64,000 nucleotides of DNA from a virus. A program made the position numbers and the translations under genes. This document shows, piece by piece, positions 48,122-56,913 of this stretch. The notes under the pieces were generated by a model. That model had not been told where the DNA came from. It searched no databases and was given only the letters and a program-made list of their open reading frames with translations. The first letter of the stretch is position 1. Each line of letters begins with the position of its first letter. The stretch spans positions 14,034-78,033 of the IMG/VR virus record IMGVR_UViG_3300042453_003699; one strand, written 5' to 3'.

Positions 48122-49089
48122 GCTACCTCCTGATCTCTCACCCGACCCGCTTTCGCATTCTTGGTCATGTCGTCCTTGAGCTTTTGAAGCGTACAGCTTT
48201 GTGGGGACAGGTCATCGCGTAGCCGATGAAATGTCGGGTGTCGCAGTCGAGAGGATTGCATCTCTTGAGCAAACACATCGACTACCCTGCCGATAAACGC
48301 TTGCGGGTTTTGTGAAATCTCCTTGCGGAGTTTGTCGTTGAACCCACTGGCGAACCCAACCTCGATCAGTTTACCCGCCTCGTAAACAGACAGGGCAAGG
48401 GAGCCGATCTGACCTTGCGAGTATTTACCCTTGCCTTCTTTGAAGCCGGAGATCACGCACGATACATCGAAAGCCTTTTTGACTTTCGCCCAACCGCGTC
48501 CGTAAGGCGAGTCAATGCGCTTGACCACGATACCCTCACCACCTTCCGCTACAACCTTCTCAAAATACTTTTGAAGATTGCCCTGCACGGCTTGAACGAC
48601 TTTGATGTGCGGGTTGTTGAGCTTGGCTACGACATCCTTGAGAAGTTTGCGTCGTTCCATGTACGGCACACTGCGAACATCGCGACCGCATAGCATGATG
48701 ATGTCGAACGCATAGTAGTAGAGATTGCCCTGCTCCCTCTGCTTCTCAATCGCTCGCTCCGGCGAGCTGTTCATGATTGAGTTGGTCGAGAGGAAATTGC
48801 TCGCCGTGATCTCACCGTCGAGAACGGTTCCCTCCATGCCCGCGTAGTCGATGTTTGTCAGGTGAGGGACATTTCTGGAGCGGTCAACATACTTCTTGTC
48901 GCCCGTCGAAAGCCGTCTGGACAGAAGCGTGTGCCGTGTGGCGCGGTTTCGGTTGTAGGGGTCAAACCCAAGATACAGGACATACCGCGACCCATCCAAC
49001 TTCAACTCGCCCACATAGTTGGGGGACGAGAGGTCGTCTGGGGGGAGGTCTTCGCATCGAGCGGGTTCAATAGGGTCTAGCATATACAT
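48118..49089 (-). CDS. ATP-dependent DNA ligase
   Basis: KLDGSR, LDGE, FD, EGIVVK, W.K.K and OB-fold LRHP.F.R.R.D. Confidence 0.92.
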   Translation of the reverse strand: MYMLDPIEPARCEDLPPDDLSSPNYVGELKLDGSRYVLYLGFDPYNRNRATRHTLLSRRLSTGDKKYVDRSRNVPHLTNIDYAGMEGTVLDGEITASNFLSTNSIMNSSPERAIEKQREQGNLYYYAFDIIMLCGRDVRSVPYMERRKLLKDVVAKLNNPHIKVVQAVQGNLQKYFEKVVAEGGEGIVVKRIDSPYGRGWAKVKKAFDVSCVISGFKEGKGKYSQGQIGSLALSVYEAGKLIEVGFASGFNDKLRKEISQNPQAFIGRVVDVFAQEMQSSRLRHPTFHRLRDDLSPQSCTLQKLKDDMTKNAKAGRVRDQEVA

Positions 49090-49158
49090 AAAAGGACTCC
49101 TTACTGGGTAAGACGATAGTTACCAATCGTCCGAAAAGCCCTATCATTTCAATCAGTT

Positions 49159-49168
49159 TTCGGCGGAA
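49159..49168 (-). promoter_or_regulatory. TTCCGCCGAA motif copy
   Basis: Exact copy in the divergent intergenic region upstream of the ligase. Confidence 0.7.
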
Positions 49169-49203
49169 TTTCCGATGGACTTTGGGTATTCCCTTGTGTT
49201 ATC

Positions 49204-50145
49204 ATGGTTTTAATGCGCTACGACACAATCTTACACCCTGAAATGATTTTGAACAAACGCGGACCTGAGTTCGCCCGATCTTTTTTGAAGAGTGCGCTCG
49301 ACATGATCGAGGTTCGCAAGGGCGGGGTTTACTTCGAGGCTCATGATCCGACCTCGCACTTCATCGCTGAGAGTCTCCATCGGGACAAAGTGTTCCTACG
49401 ATGTCTGACGACCTGTAAAATCTTCCGCGACCAGAAACCGCCGATTTACCACATCGGGCGGGACTTCTTGCAGACCCTTCAGAAAATCGACAGGGAGATT
49501 CCAGTCGATATTTTGCCAGAGAAGTTTCTTGCCTACTTTCAGTTCGCTGAGAACGCTATCTTCGATGACGATGGCGTGGTGGAAGGGGGGTATATCTGTA
49601 TTGATAGGGGGATCAACTTAGGCATGACTGAATCCCTTCAAGACAAGAGAGTTTTGAGTTTCACCTACTTGTGCCAACCCAAAGTCGAGGGCATGAGTGC
49701 GTTTGCCAGTATGACGGTGGAGCTAGACGCAAAAAAGATCAGCGAACTCTCTTCTGGGATCATCGTCGAGGATCACCTTCTAGGCGAAACCAGAACGCCG
49801 GAACAGATCGAGAAGAGAAACAATGTGTTCAGGGCGCTCCTCAACGCGACCATCTATCTCTTTTCGGAAGACCCTGTTCTTGAGAAGACTAGACCGTTTC
49901 GTGAGATGGGGTTCTCGGTCAAAGAGATGAAGAGGCGTGGTCTTATCATCAATGAGACTCTCGTACCGATCACTTTCATCAACCGAGAATACACCCGTCC
50001 CCGAGAGCGCCATGTGGACGCTACTTGGGTTGAGTCCTTCCCTCGTTGGCAAAGGTGTGGACCGAATTTCTCAAAAGTGAAGTTGGTTTTCGTCACGGCG
50101 CATGAGCGAAGATTCACCTCAAGGGAGAGTGAATCCTCCGCATGA
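49204..50145 (+). CDS. Conserved phage hypothetical protein
   Basis: 313 aa; C-terminal basic WV..FPRWQ.CGP..KLVFV..H motif; alternative leaderless start at 49213. Confidence 0.7.
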   Translation: MVLMRYDTILHPEMILNKRGPEFARSFLKSALDMIEVRKGGVYFEAHDPTSHFIAESLHRDKVFLRCLTTCKIFRDQKPPIYHIGRDFLQTLQKIDREIPVDILPEKFLAYFQFAENAIFDDDGVVEGGYICIDRGINLGMTESLQDKRVLSFTYLCQPKVEGMSAFASMTVELDAKKISELSSGIIVEDHLLGETRTPEQIEKRNNVFRALLNATIYLFSEDPVLEKTRPFREMGFSVKEMKRRGLIINETLVPITFINREYTRPRERHVDATWVESFPRWQRCGPNFSKVKLVFVTAHERRFTSRESESSA

Positions 50146-50621
50146 AAATATCTGTATCTGGGTCTAAAATCGTTTTCCCTGTCGAACTTCTTGGGGAGCC
50201 CAACGGCAAGACCTCGTGGGTAGCGTTCGCTGACATGAGACTTGATCGGGACGATTTGCTCATACAGATTTACCGTCGCCCGTTTTCCTTTGATGCGCCC
50301 TCTCTGATCTATGAGAAAGAGAAGAGGGTTCTTTCTGAGTTCAAGGGTAGTTTCGGAAAGAACAATCTGCCCCCATTCAAGGTGAAGCGAACAGAGAAGA
50401 CAACCGTCCTGCACCACATATCCGCAGACCAGTTCTTGAAGGACAATCAAATACCCTCGGGCGTGTACGAGTACGAAAAAGCGTGGTCTTTTGATTACAT
50501 CGTCAAGGACGATTCAGGTCAGGCTGTCGAGTTAGTTTTGAGGTTGAGCCTAACTTCCGCCAGAGAGCTACAGTCTGTCAGATCACTTCTGGGGTTCAAC
50601 GGCGATGATGTGGTAAACTGA
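50142..50621 (+). CDS. Hypothetical protein
   Basis: ATGA overlap; 159 aa. Confidence 0.6.
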   Translation: MKISVSGSKIVFPVELLGEPNGKTSWVAFADMRLDRDDLLIQIYRRPFSFDAPSLIYEKEKRVLSEFKGSFGKNNLPPFKVKRTEKTTVLHHISADQFLKDNQIPSGVYEYEKAWSFDYIVKDDSGQAVELVLRLSLTSARELQSVRSLLGFNGDDVVN

Positions 50622-50900
50622 GTTCAGGGTTTTGACCTTGGCTTCTTTTTTGTCTTCAGAGACATACATGATGTCAGTCACAGGCGTAGTCGTCCATCCA
50701 TAGAACCCTACTGTCATCGAAAGCCCTACGATAATCTCGCCTTCCTCCCCTACCATATCCCATGTGCGTCTATCGACTGGGGTGAGTTTGCCCACATCAC
50801 CCTCCCCGTCTCGCTCTCGGGTGACTCGGAAATAGCCCCCTTCTAGCTTCACCCGATTGTTCGTGAGTATTTCCTTAACCTTTTTCAAGTCCTCGTCCAT
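50583..50900 (-). CDS. Hypothetical protein
   Basis: W.TTPV..I......KTLNSVY phage pattern; leaderless start. Confidence 0.65.
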   Translation of the reverse strand: MDEDLKKVKEILTNNRVKLEGGYFRVTRERDGEGDVGKLTPVDRRTWDMVGEEGEIIVGLSMTVGFYGWTTTPVTDIMYVSEDKKEAKVKTLNSVYHIIAVEPQK

Positions 50901-50932
50901 TCTACTATTTTAGTTATTAGGGGGTCTAGTAT

Positions 50933-51646
50933 ATGAGCGCACTCAAAAACAAGTTTTCGGCGGAATACAACGGCAGGGAAGTCAAGCTGAACAAGCCTAC
51001 CAAGGGCGACACAAAGAAGTACAAGGTCTATGTGAAAGACCCCAAGACTGACAATGTGAAGAAGGTGGAGTTCGGAGACCCAAACCTTGAAATCAAGCGT
51101 GACGACCCAGAGCGCCGCAAGAACTTTCGCTCACGCCACAAATGCGACTCAGACCCGAAAGCCAAAGACAAGACGAGACCGAAGTATTGGTCGTGTAGGT
51201 TCTGGGAAGGCGGTCAGTCCGTTACCGAGCTTTTGAACAAGAAGTCTTCTGTCTTCAAGGATCTGGCTGACGCGGCAGAAGAACTACATCGTATGAAAAA
51301 TTCAGGTGTAGCCCACATCAGAGGCAAAGGCATCGACTGGGAAGAATGTGAAAAAATGATCGGCAAGTACAAAAACTACAAGTCGGTTAATGTTCGACCT
51401 TACGACGATGCGGATGTGGTTTACACTAACAACAAGGTTTCCGTGTGGGTCTATTGCAAACCCGACGAGATTCAAGTCATCATTTTTAACTACCCGCTCA
51501 CTAAAAAGGTAGAAGACTTTGGGGATGACGACTTGGATGAAATGCACTCCAAGTGGAACAAGGAACTTAAAGTACGATTTAAGAAAGACTCTTCTACTGA
51601 AGAGGTCGTTGACTGGTTTAAGCACATACTTGACAAGTACGCTTAA
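50933..51646 (+). CDS. Basic protein with KK..FG...RRK.FR.RH.C...YWSC domain plus second domain
   Basis: N-terminal domain resembles a family widespread in large phages and giant viruses (DUF5754-like, from recollection). Confidence 0.65.
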   Translation: MSALKNKFSAEYNGREVKLNKPTKGDTKKYKVYVKDPKTDNVKKVEFGDPNLEIKRDDPERRKNFRSRHKCDSDPKAKDKTRPKYWSCRFWEGGQSVTELLNKKSSVFKDLADAAEELHRMKNSGVAHIRGKGIDWEECEKMIGKYKNYKSVNVRPYDDADVVYTNNKVSVWVYCKPDEIQVIIFNYPLTKKVEDFGDDDLDEMHSKWNKELKVRFKKDSSTEEVVDWFKHILDKYA

Positions 51647-51648
51647 AA

Positions 51649-51725
51649 TGGAGCGGGAGAAGGGTCTCGAACCCTCAACCCTCGGCTTGGAAAGCCGATG
51701 CTCTAGCCGATTGAGCTACTCCCGC
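51649..51725 (-). tRNA. tRNA-Gly(UCC)
   Basis: GCGGGAG/CTCCCGC acceptor stem, TCGGC-TTTCCAA-GCCGA anticodon arm, GGTTCGAGACC T arm, encoded CCA; TATAAT upstream at 51743-51738. Confidence 0.95.
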
Positions 51726-51779
51726 CCACTTGTCGGTATTATAGCCGAACATTCCACTAACACACAGCGTTAAAATGAT

Positions 51780-51808
51780 TTCCGCCGAATTTCCTTGATT
51801 CCGCCGAA
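51780..51808 (+). promoter_or_regulatory. Tandem TTCCGCCGAA motifs
   Basis: Exact copies at 51780 and 51799 between the tRNA and the methyltransferase genes. Confidence 0.75.
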
Positions 51809-51829
51809 TTCTCATCCGATTGTTGTTTT

Positions 51830-52516
51830 ATGCAGAGGATGTATCTAGGGGACTGTCTGGAGGTCATGAAAACTTTTGAGCCCAAAAGTTTTGACCACAC
51901 CTTTACCAGCCCGCCTTACAACAGAAAAAGAAACGACAAGTACGAGCATTACACCGATATAAAAGACAACTACTTTGAGTGGCAGAAGAGCTGTTTAGAG
52001 GAAATGCTTAGGGTCACTCGTAGGTATGTTATCTACAACACTCAGACAAACTTCTACAACCGTTCGGACATCTACAGCCTTATTGGTCATTTTTCTCAGA
52101 AGATCATTGATATTTTTGTGTGGGAAAAGACCAATCCCCTGCCCGCATCAGGCAAGTCAGTTACAAACGCCGTTGAATACTTCTTGGTACTCGGTGACGA
52201 GAAGTTGGTGTCGAACAGAACTTACACGAAAAACATACTCCGTACCTCGGTGAACTCAAAAATGCCCAAAAACCACAAGGCGGTAATGAAGCCAGAGGTA
52301 GCCGACTTCTTCATAGAAACCTTCACAAAAGAGGGCGAGACCGTTCTCGATCCGTTCATGGGGGTAGGTACAACGGGATTATCCTGCAAGAAGTTTAATA
52401 GGGGGTTTGTGGGAATAGAGCTGAACAACACATACTTTGAGATGGCAAGTCAGGCTATGACCGGAAAAAGTGATTTGGCTCAATCAGAGTGCCTGTTCGA
52501 CAGCGAAAAGTTATGA
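51830..52516 (+). CDS. N4-cytosine/N6-adenine DNA methyltransferase (beta class)
   Basis: TSPPY before VLDPFMG.GTT. Confidence 0.92.
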   Translation: MQRMYLGDCLEVMKTFEPKSFDHTFTSPPYNRKRNDKYEHYTDIKDNYFEWQKSCLEEMLRVTRRYVIYNTQTNFYNRSDIYSLIGHFSQKIIDIFVWEKTNPLPASGKSVTNAVEYFLVLGDEKLVSNRTYTKNILRTSVNSKMPKNHKAVMKPEVADFFIETFTKEGETVLDPFMGVGTTGLSCKKFNRGFVGIELNNTYFEMASQAMTGKSDLAQSECLFDSEKL

Positions 52517-53364
52517 GTGCCCCTTCCTTCAAAATAATTAACGCCGACTGTCTTGATGCACTAAAAACCATTCCTGACTCTTCGATTGATCTCATCGTTA
52601 CCTCGCCCCCTTACGCCGACCAGAGAAAAAACACCTACGGCGGTATCAAACCCGAAGATTATGTCGAATGGTTTCTACCGATCTCCAAAGAGATTCTCAG
52701 AGTTCTAAAGCCGTCGGGCACTTTCATTTTGAACATAAAAGAGAAAGTGGTGAAGGGGGAAAGGCACACCTATGTCTTAGAGCTTATTCTTGCTTTGAGG
52801 AAACAGGGGTGGCTGTGGACGGAAGAGTTTATTTGGCACAAGAAAAACTCCTTCCCCGGCAAATGGTCTAACCGCTTTCGTGATGCGTGGGAGAGGTGTC
52901 TTCAATTCAACAAGGAACCTAAGTTCTCCATGTACCAAGATTCAGTAAAAATACCTATCGGTGACTGGGCAAAAAGTCGGCTCAAATCTCTGAGCGACTC
53001 TGATAAATCTAGGCAAGAGTCCTCCGTTGGGAGTGGGTTCGGCAAGAACATATCAAACTGGGTAGGCAAAGAAACAGTTTACCCGACGAATGTTATTCAC
53101 CTATCCACAGAATGCGGAAACAAGAGTCATAGCGCGGCATTCCCGAGAGAATTACCTGAATGGTTCATCAAGTTGTTTTCACAAAAAGGTGACACTGTTT
53201 TAGATCCATTTGCAGGTTCGATGACGACTTTAGAGGTAGCCCTCAGTCTTGGAAGAAATTCAATCGGAATCGAAAAAAACAAAGAATATGTAGAACGGTT
53301 TCAGAAAGAGCTACTCGAAAAGTTTTCTCTTGATTCCGCCGAATCTTTGTTTCAAGCTCCCTGA
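52513..53364 (+). CDS. N4-cytosine/N6-adenine DNA methyltransferase (beta class)
   Basis: TSPPY, HSAAFP, VLDPFAGS; ATGA overlap. Confidence 0.92.
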   Translation: MSAPSFKIINADCLDALKTIPDSSIDLIVTSPPYADQRKNTYGGIKPEDYVEWFLPISKEILRVLKPSGTFILNIKEKVVKGERHTYVLELILALRKQGWLWTEEFIWHKKNSFPGKWSNRFRDAWERCLQFNKEPKFSMYQDSVKIPIGDWAKSRLKSLSDSDKSRQESSVGSGFGKNISNWVGKETVYPTNVIHLSTECGNKSHSAAFPRELPEWFIKLFSQKGDTVLDPFAGSMTTLEVALSLGRNSIGIEKNKEYVERFQKELLEKFSLDSAESLFQAP

Positions 53365-53365
53365 C

Positions 53366-54370
53366 ATGACGAACGAAGCTATCACTTTTGATGATGTCCT
53401 GCTGGTTCCTAGCTACAACAAGTACGAATCCCGCAAGATGGTTGACATTAGCAACCAAGACAAAACGGGGAAACTGAAACTAAAGCTGCCGGTTATTTCG
53501 GCAAACATGGACACCATCACAGGATCAGAGATGGCAAACTTCATGGGGTCTAAAGGTGGCATGGGGGCTTTGCACCGCTTTTGTTCCGTTGAGCAAAATG
53601 TGGAGATGTTCAAAAAGTCGAACCACCCTGTCTTTGTTTCTGTCGGCACATCGGAAAAAGAAATGGATCGCGTTGAGGCTCTTCGATCTGCGGGTGCAGA
53701 TTATTTTGTCGTAGATGTGGCGCACGGTCACGCGAAGTATGTCGGGCGTATCCTCAAGAGGATGAGGGAGATGCTTCCCAACGCTTGCATCATGGCAGGA
53801 AATGTAGCGACTTATGCGGGGGCTGATTACTTGGCTTCCTGTGGGGCAGACATTATCAAGGCGGGTGTTGGTGGCGGATCGGTCTGCACAACTCGAATCA
53901 TGACAGGATTCGGAGTGCCTATGTTGACCTGTATCAAAGAAGTGATGCGGGTTGATCGCAGTATCGTAGCGGACGGCGGAATCCGAACAGCGGGCGACAT
54001 TGTTAAAGCACTTGCTTTTGGGGCGGACTTTGTGATGATCGGGGGTATGTTAGCGGGGACTCAGCCTACTCCCGCCGAAGTCGTTACACGGGACGGCAAA
54101 CAATTCAAGGTTTTTCGTGGAATGGCGAGCAGGGAAGCCCACGAAGACTTTATGGGGACGATGCCCGATTGGAAAACCGCCGAAGGGGTCGCCACCTATG
54201 TCCCCTACAGAAACGACCAAGAAGAGGTTTTGGCTGGCATTATCGGGGGTCTCAGGTCAGGTCTAACTTACGGCGGAGCGAGTACCATCAAGGAACTGCA
54301 AAGGAAACTTGACTATCGGGTCATCACTCCTGCGGGACGGGTCGAGAGCTTGCCTCACAAAACACTATGA
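53366..54370 (+). CDS. GMP reductase / IMP dehydrogenase family, no CBS domains
   Basis: FDDVLLVP, SANMD, D.AHGH, GSVCTTR, ADGGIR..GD..KA, FRGMAS, AEG. Confidence 0.9.
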   Translation: MTNEAITFDDVLLVPSYNKYESRKMVDISNQDKTGKLKLKLPVISANMDTITGSEMANFMGSKGGMGALHRFCSVEQNVEMFKKSNHPVFVSVGTSEKEMDRVEALRSAGADYFVVDVAHGHAKYVGRILKRMREMLPNACIMAGNVATYAGADYLASCGADIIKAGVGGGSVCTTRIMTGFGVPMLTCIKEVMRVDRSIVADGGIRTAGDIVKALAFGADFVMIGGMLAGTQPTPAEVVTRDGKQFKVFRGMASREAHEDFMGTMPDWKTAEGVATYVPYRNDQEEVLAGIIGGLRSGLTYGGASTIKELQRKLDYRVITPAGRVESLPHKTL

Positions 54371-54400
54371 AAAAAAGAGCATGGGTGGTACTTTTTTATC

Positions 54401-54736
54401 ATGGCAATTCTTATAGTGGATGACGATAACCTCCTTCGCGAAACGATCAAGATGTTCGTTTCAGAGGTCAAGCAGTGCCCCGTTGACGATGCGGCGAATG
54501 GAGAGGTCGCACTCCAAAAACTATCTCAGTCAAAATACGATCTCATGGTTACGGATTGGGATATGCCTGTTATGGGCGGAAAAGAATTGGTTCAGCGTTC
54601 AATCGAACTCTACCCCGACATGAAGATCGTGGTTTTTTCGGGGTCTCACATTTCAGGGGAAGATCGAATCCCCTTCATCCAATACCTTCGCAAGCCTAAT
54701 GACCATGAAAGGCTCGCGGACATCATCTCCGGCTAA
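54401..54736 (+). CDS. Stand-alone response regulator receiver (CheY-like)
   Basis: ILIVDD, TDWDMP..GG, SG, KP. Confidence 0.9.
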   Translation: MAILIVDDDNLLRETIKMFVSEVKQCPVDDAANGEVALQKLSQSKYDLMVTDWDMPVMGGKELVQRSIELYPDMKIVVFSGSHISGEDRIPFIQYLRKPNDHERLADIISG

Positions 54737-54759
54737 TCCCCTCATTCCTACAATACGGC

Positions 54760-55125
54760 ATGAGGGATCAAGACCTTCGTGCCGTCAAAGAACTCCTTGG
54801 CATCAACCTAGAGCTTCAGAATGGGGACATCTTAGTATGTCCTAACTGTGGCGGTGCTTGCGCCATTTCTAAGGTCGGTCGCCTAAAGAATGAGTCCGTG
54901 TGTTTGAAAGAAGACCTCCTGTACCACTCCGATGATTTTGTGATCGCCGGAAATTCCGATGGAACCTGCGGTTGGTGCAAGAGAACATTCGTGAACCCAA
55001 ATAAGATGTGGGTCGCGGGGATGGACGGAACTCCCAAGCTGATCTCAGTAAACCCAGACGCGCCCTTCTATATGCCGCTCGATCCAGACAAAAATTTCAA
55101 GTTTGTCGTCTACGGGAAGAGGTAG
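54760..55125 (+). CDS. Zinc-binding hypothetical protein
   Basis: CPNC...CGWC; leaderless start. Confidence 0.65.
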   Translation: MRDQDLRAVKELLGINLELQNGDILVCPNCGGACAISKVGRLKNESVCLKEDLLYHSDDFVIAGNSDGTCGWCKRTFVNPNKMWVAGMDGTPKLISVNPDAPFYMPLDPDKNFKFVVYGKR

Positions 55126-55128
55126 ATT

Positions 55129-55138
55129 TTCCGCCGAA
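55129..55138 (+). promoter_or_regulatory. TTCCGCCGAA motif copy
   Basis: Exact intergenic copy upstream of TATAAT at 55166. Confidence 0.7.
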
Positions 55139-55178
55139 TCCTGTTAAGCTATTCTCGTTGGGAACTATAATAACGGGG

Positions 55179-55481
55179 ATGACTAGCGAAAACACAGAGT
55201 TAAAGCTATGGCAGAAGAAGGCGATTAGCCTTTACGAGAGATCCGTGTGTGATCTCTCCTTTGACCATGTTTCTGTGGAAGTAAAGACTGAACGAGGGCG
55301 TGCCTTCATTCAGGACATTCAAGAGCTTGGTTACGACTGTTGCCCTGTATGTCAGCAATTCGCTCCGATCGTGAACCTAGTGGTTGCTCGTCCTTCAGCA
55401 CTCTTCAAGATTTGTGAATGCGGTTATGAGGGTCCAGTAGACCGCCCGTATCTTTTTACTAATCTAAAGCAAACACAATGA
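55179..55481 (+). CDS. Zinc-ribbon hypothetical protein
   Basis: CPVC...CECGY; probable start at 55179. Confidence 0.6.
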   Translation: MTSENTELKLWQKKAISLYERSVCDLSFDHVSVEVKTERGRAFIQDIQELGYDCCPVCQQFAPIVNLVVARPSALFKICECGYEGPVDRPYLFTNLKQTQ

Positions 55482-56281
55482 CACAGTTGATAAAAGCGAT
55501 CCTCGAATTCATTAAAGGTCTCCATCTCAAAACGGTTACTCAACAAGAACCCCCTCGACCAAACCCACAGGATACAGCAAGTGGGATTGTAGCTCATGTT
55601 GAGAAAGAGCCGGAAGCGCCTCAAGAAGTCGTCGCTCAACCCCCGAAGGATGAACCCGCCCCCGTAGAACCCGAAAAGCTACTTTGGTGTCCTTTTGCCG
55701 TCCGCCGAAAAGAGAAAATGACTGTGCGTGGGAAGTACCGTAAGGGCTATCCAGAAGGCGCGGTGATACACTTTACCGCAGGGTCTTCTGCGGAGGGTTC
55801 CTTCCAACACGGCTTAAAAGAAAACTTCTGCTTTTTTGTGATTCACGAAGACGGGACGATCTGGCAATCTTTCCCGCTAGACTCTTGGGGCTACCATGCA
55901 GGAGAGTCCTTTCACCCGAAGTTAGGCAAAGGGGTGTCCCGATACCTAGTCGGAATCGAAGTATCCTGTGCAGGGGGTCTGACTAAAGCCAAAGATGGAA
56001 GTTTTGAGTCTTGGTTTGGTCGGAAGGTTCCAAGCTCACAGGTACGGTCTTTTCCAAAAAAGACAGGCAACATTCTGGCAGGTCACTACGCCATTTTCAC
56101 AGCCGAGCAAGAGAGAAGCCTTAAAAAACTCCTCCAATGGCTCAAGAATAACAACCCAGAGGTGTTTACTTACGACCTCGTGGTCGGGCACGACGAGGTT
56201 GCACCGAACCGGAAGAACGATCCGGGCGGCGCACTGTCGATGACGATGGATGAGTTCCGAACTGCTCTGTCTCAGGGTTGA
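55478..56281 (+). CDS. N-acetylmuramoyl-L-alanine amidase (Amidase_2), probable endolysin
   Basis: IHFTAG, HAG, GIE, GHDEVAP.RK.DPG. Confidence 0.9.
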   Translation: MTQLIKAILEFIKGLHLKTVTQQEPPRPNPQDTASGIVAHVEKEPEAPQEVVAQPPKDEPAPVEPEKLLWCPFAVRRKEKMTVRGKYRKGYPEGAVIHFTAGSSAEGSFQHGLKENFCFFVIHEDGTIWQSFPLDSWGYHAGESFHPKLGKGVSRYLVGIEVSCAGGLTKAKDGSFESWFGRKVPSSQVRSFPKKTGNILAGHYAIFTAEQERSLKKLLQWLKNNNPEVFTYDLVVGHDEVAPNRKNDPGGALSMTMDEFRTALSQG

Positions 56282-56822
56282 ACCACTTTCCACTCATCGG
56301 ATGGAACACGAACCCGTCGCCTTGATGGGTTATCCAGTATTTTTCGCATTGCTCTAGCTTCTTGGTTTCACTGCTTTCCCACTTTGGGTGCCAGACGAGG
56401 TAAGCCGTCCACAGTGGATTGATTAACATTTCGTAACCATTGAAGAATTCGATCTCAGTCCCGTGGTACACTCGATTGTTATGGGCGATCTCCCATGTGC
56501 CCTCCTCCTTCGAGGAGTGGGTGGAGATCAGCAAGATGTGCTGATGATTGAGGTTCTCCCTGTAACGATAAGGCTTGGTGCTATGCACCATATCTTCCGT
56601 GATCGGGATTGTTTTATAGCCGTGTTTCTTCAGAAACCGTCGTATCGAGGCATCGTCCCACCATCCCTTTTTGGGGCACTCCTTCTCTATTGAGGGAATA
56701 CTGATCCCTGTGAGGCAGTGGATGGCGTAGGTTCCGCAACTGCCCTTAGCGGGCGGGCACCTTTTTAGGATTTTTGGTTTGAACCGCACAGTTGCGTACT
56801 GATTCCAGTCAAATCGTTTCAC
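56166..56822 (-). CDS. Hypothetical protein, possible papain-like fold
   Basis: SCG..A...LTG motif; 3' end overlaps the amidase gene by 116 nt. Confidence 0.55.
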   Translation of the reverse strand: MKRFDWNQYATVRFKPKILKRCPPAKGSCGTYAIHCLTGISIPSIEKECPKKGWWDDASIRRFLKKHGYKTIPITEDMVHSTKPYRYRENLNHQHILLISTHSSKEEGTWEIAHNNRVYHGTEIEFFNGYEMLINPLWTAYLVWHPKWESSETKKLEQCEKYWITHQGDGFVFHPMSGKWFNPETEQFGTHPSSSTVRRPDRSSGSVQPRRARPRGRK

Positions 56823-56840
56823 TCGTTTAAGGTAGATGAT

Positions 56841-56850
56841 TTCGGCGGAA
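56841..56850 (-). promoter_or_regulatory. TTCCGCCGAA motif copy
   Basis: Exact copy 6 nt upstream of a -10-like TACCTT. Confidence 0.7.
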
Positions 56851-56913
56851 TAGGGAAGGGAGAATTCTCTAATATAATCCTCCCGTGGAAGTCCATCGAG
56901 AGAAAAGGAACTT

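Noticed and set aside
56166-56281. Functional dual-coding overlap between the amidase and the opposing gene
   Set aside because: The overlapping tail is low-complexity and looks like incidental extension between convergent genes
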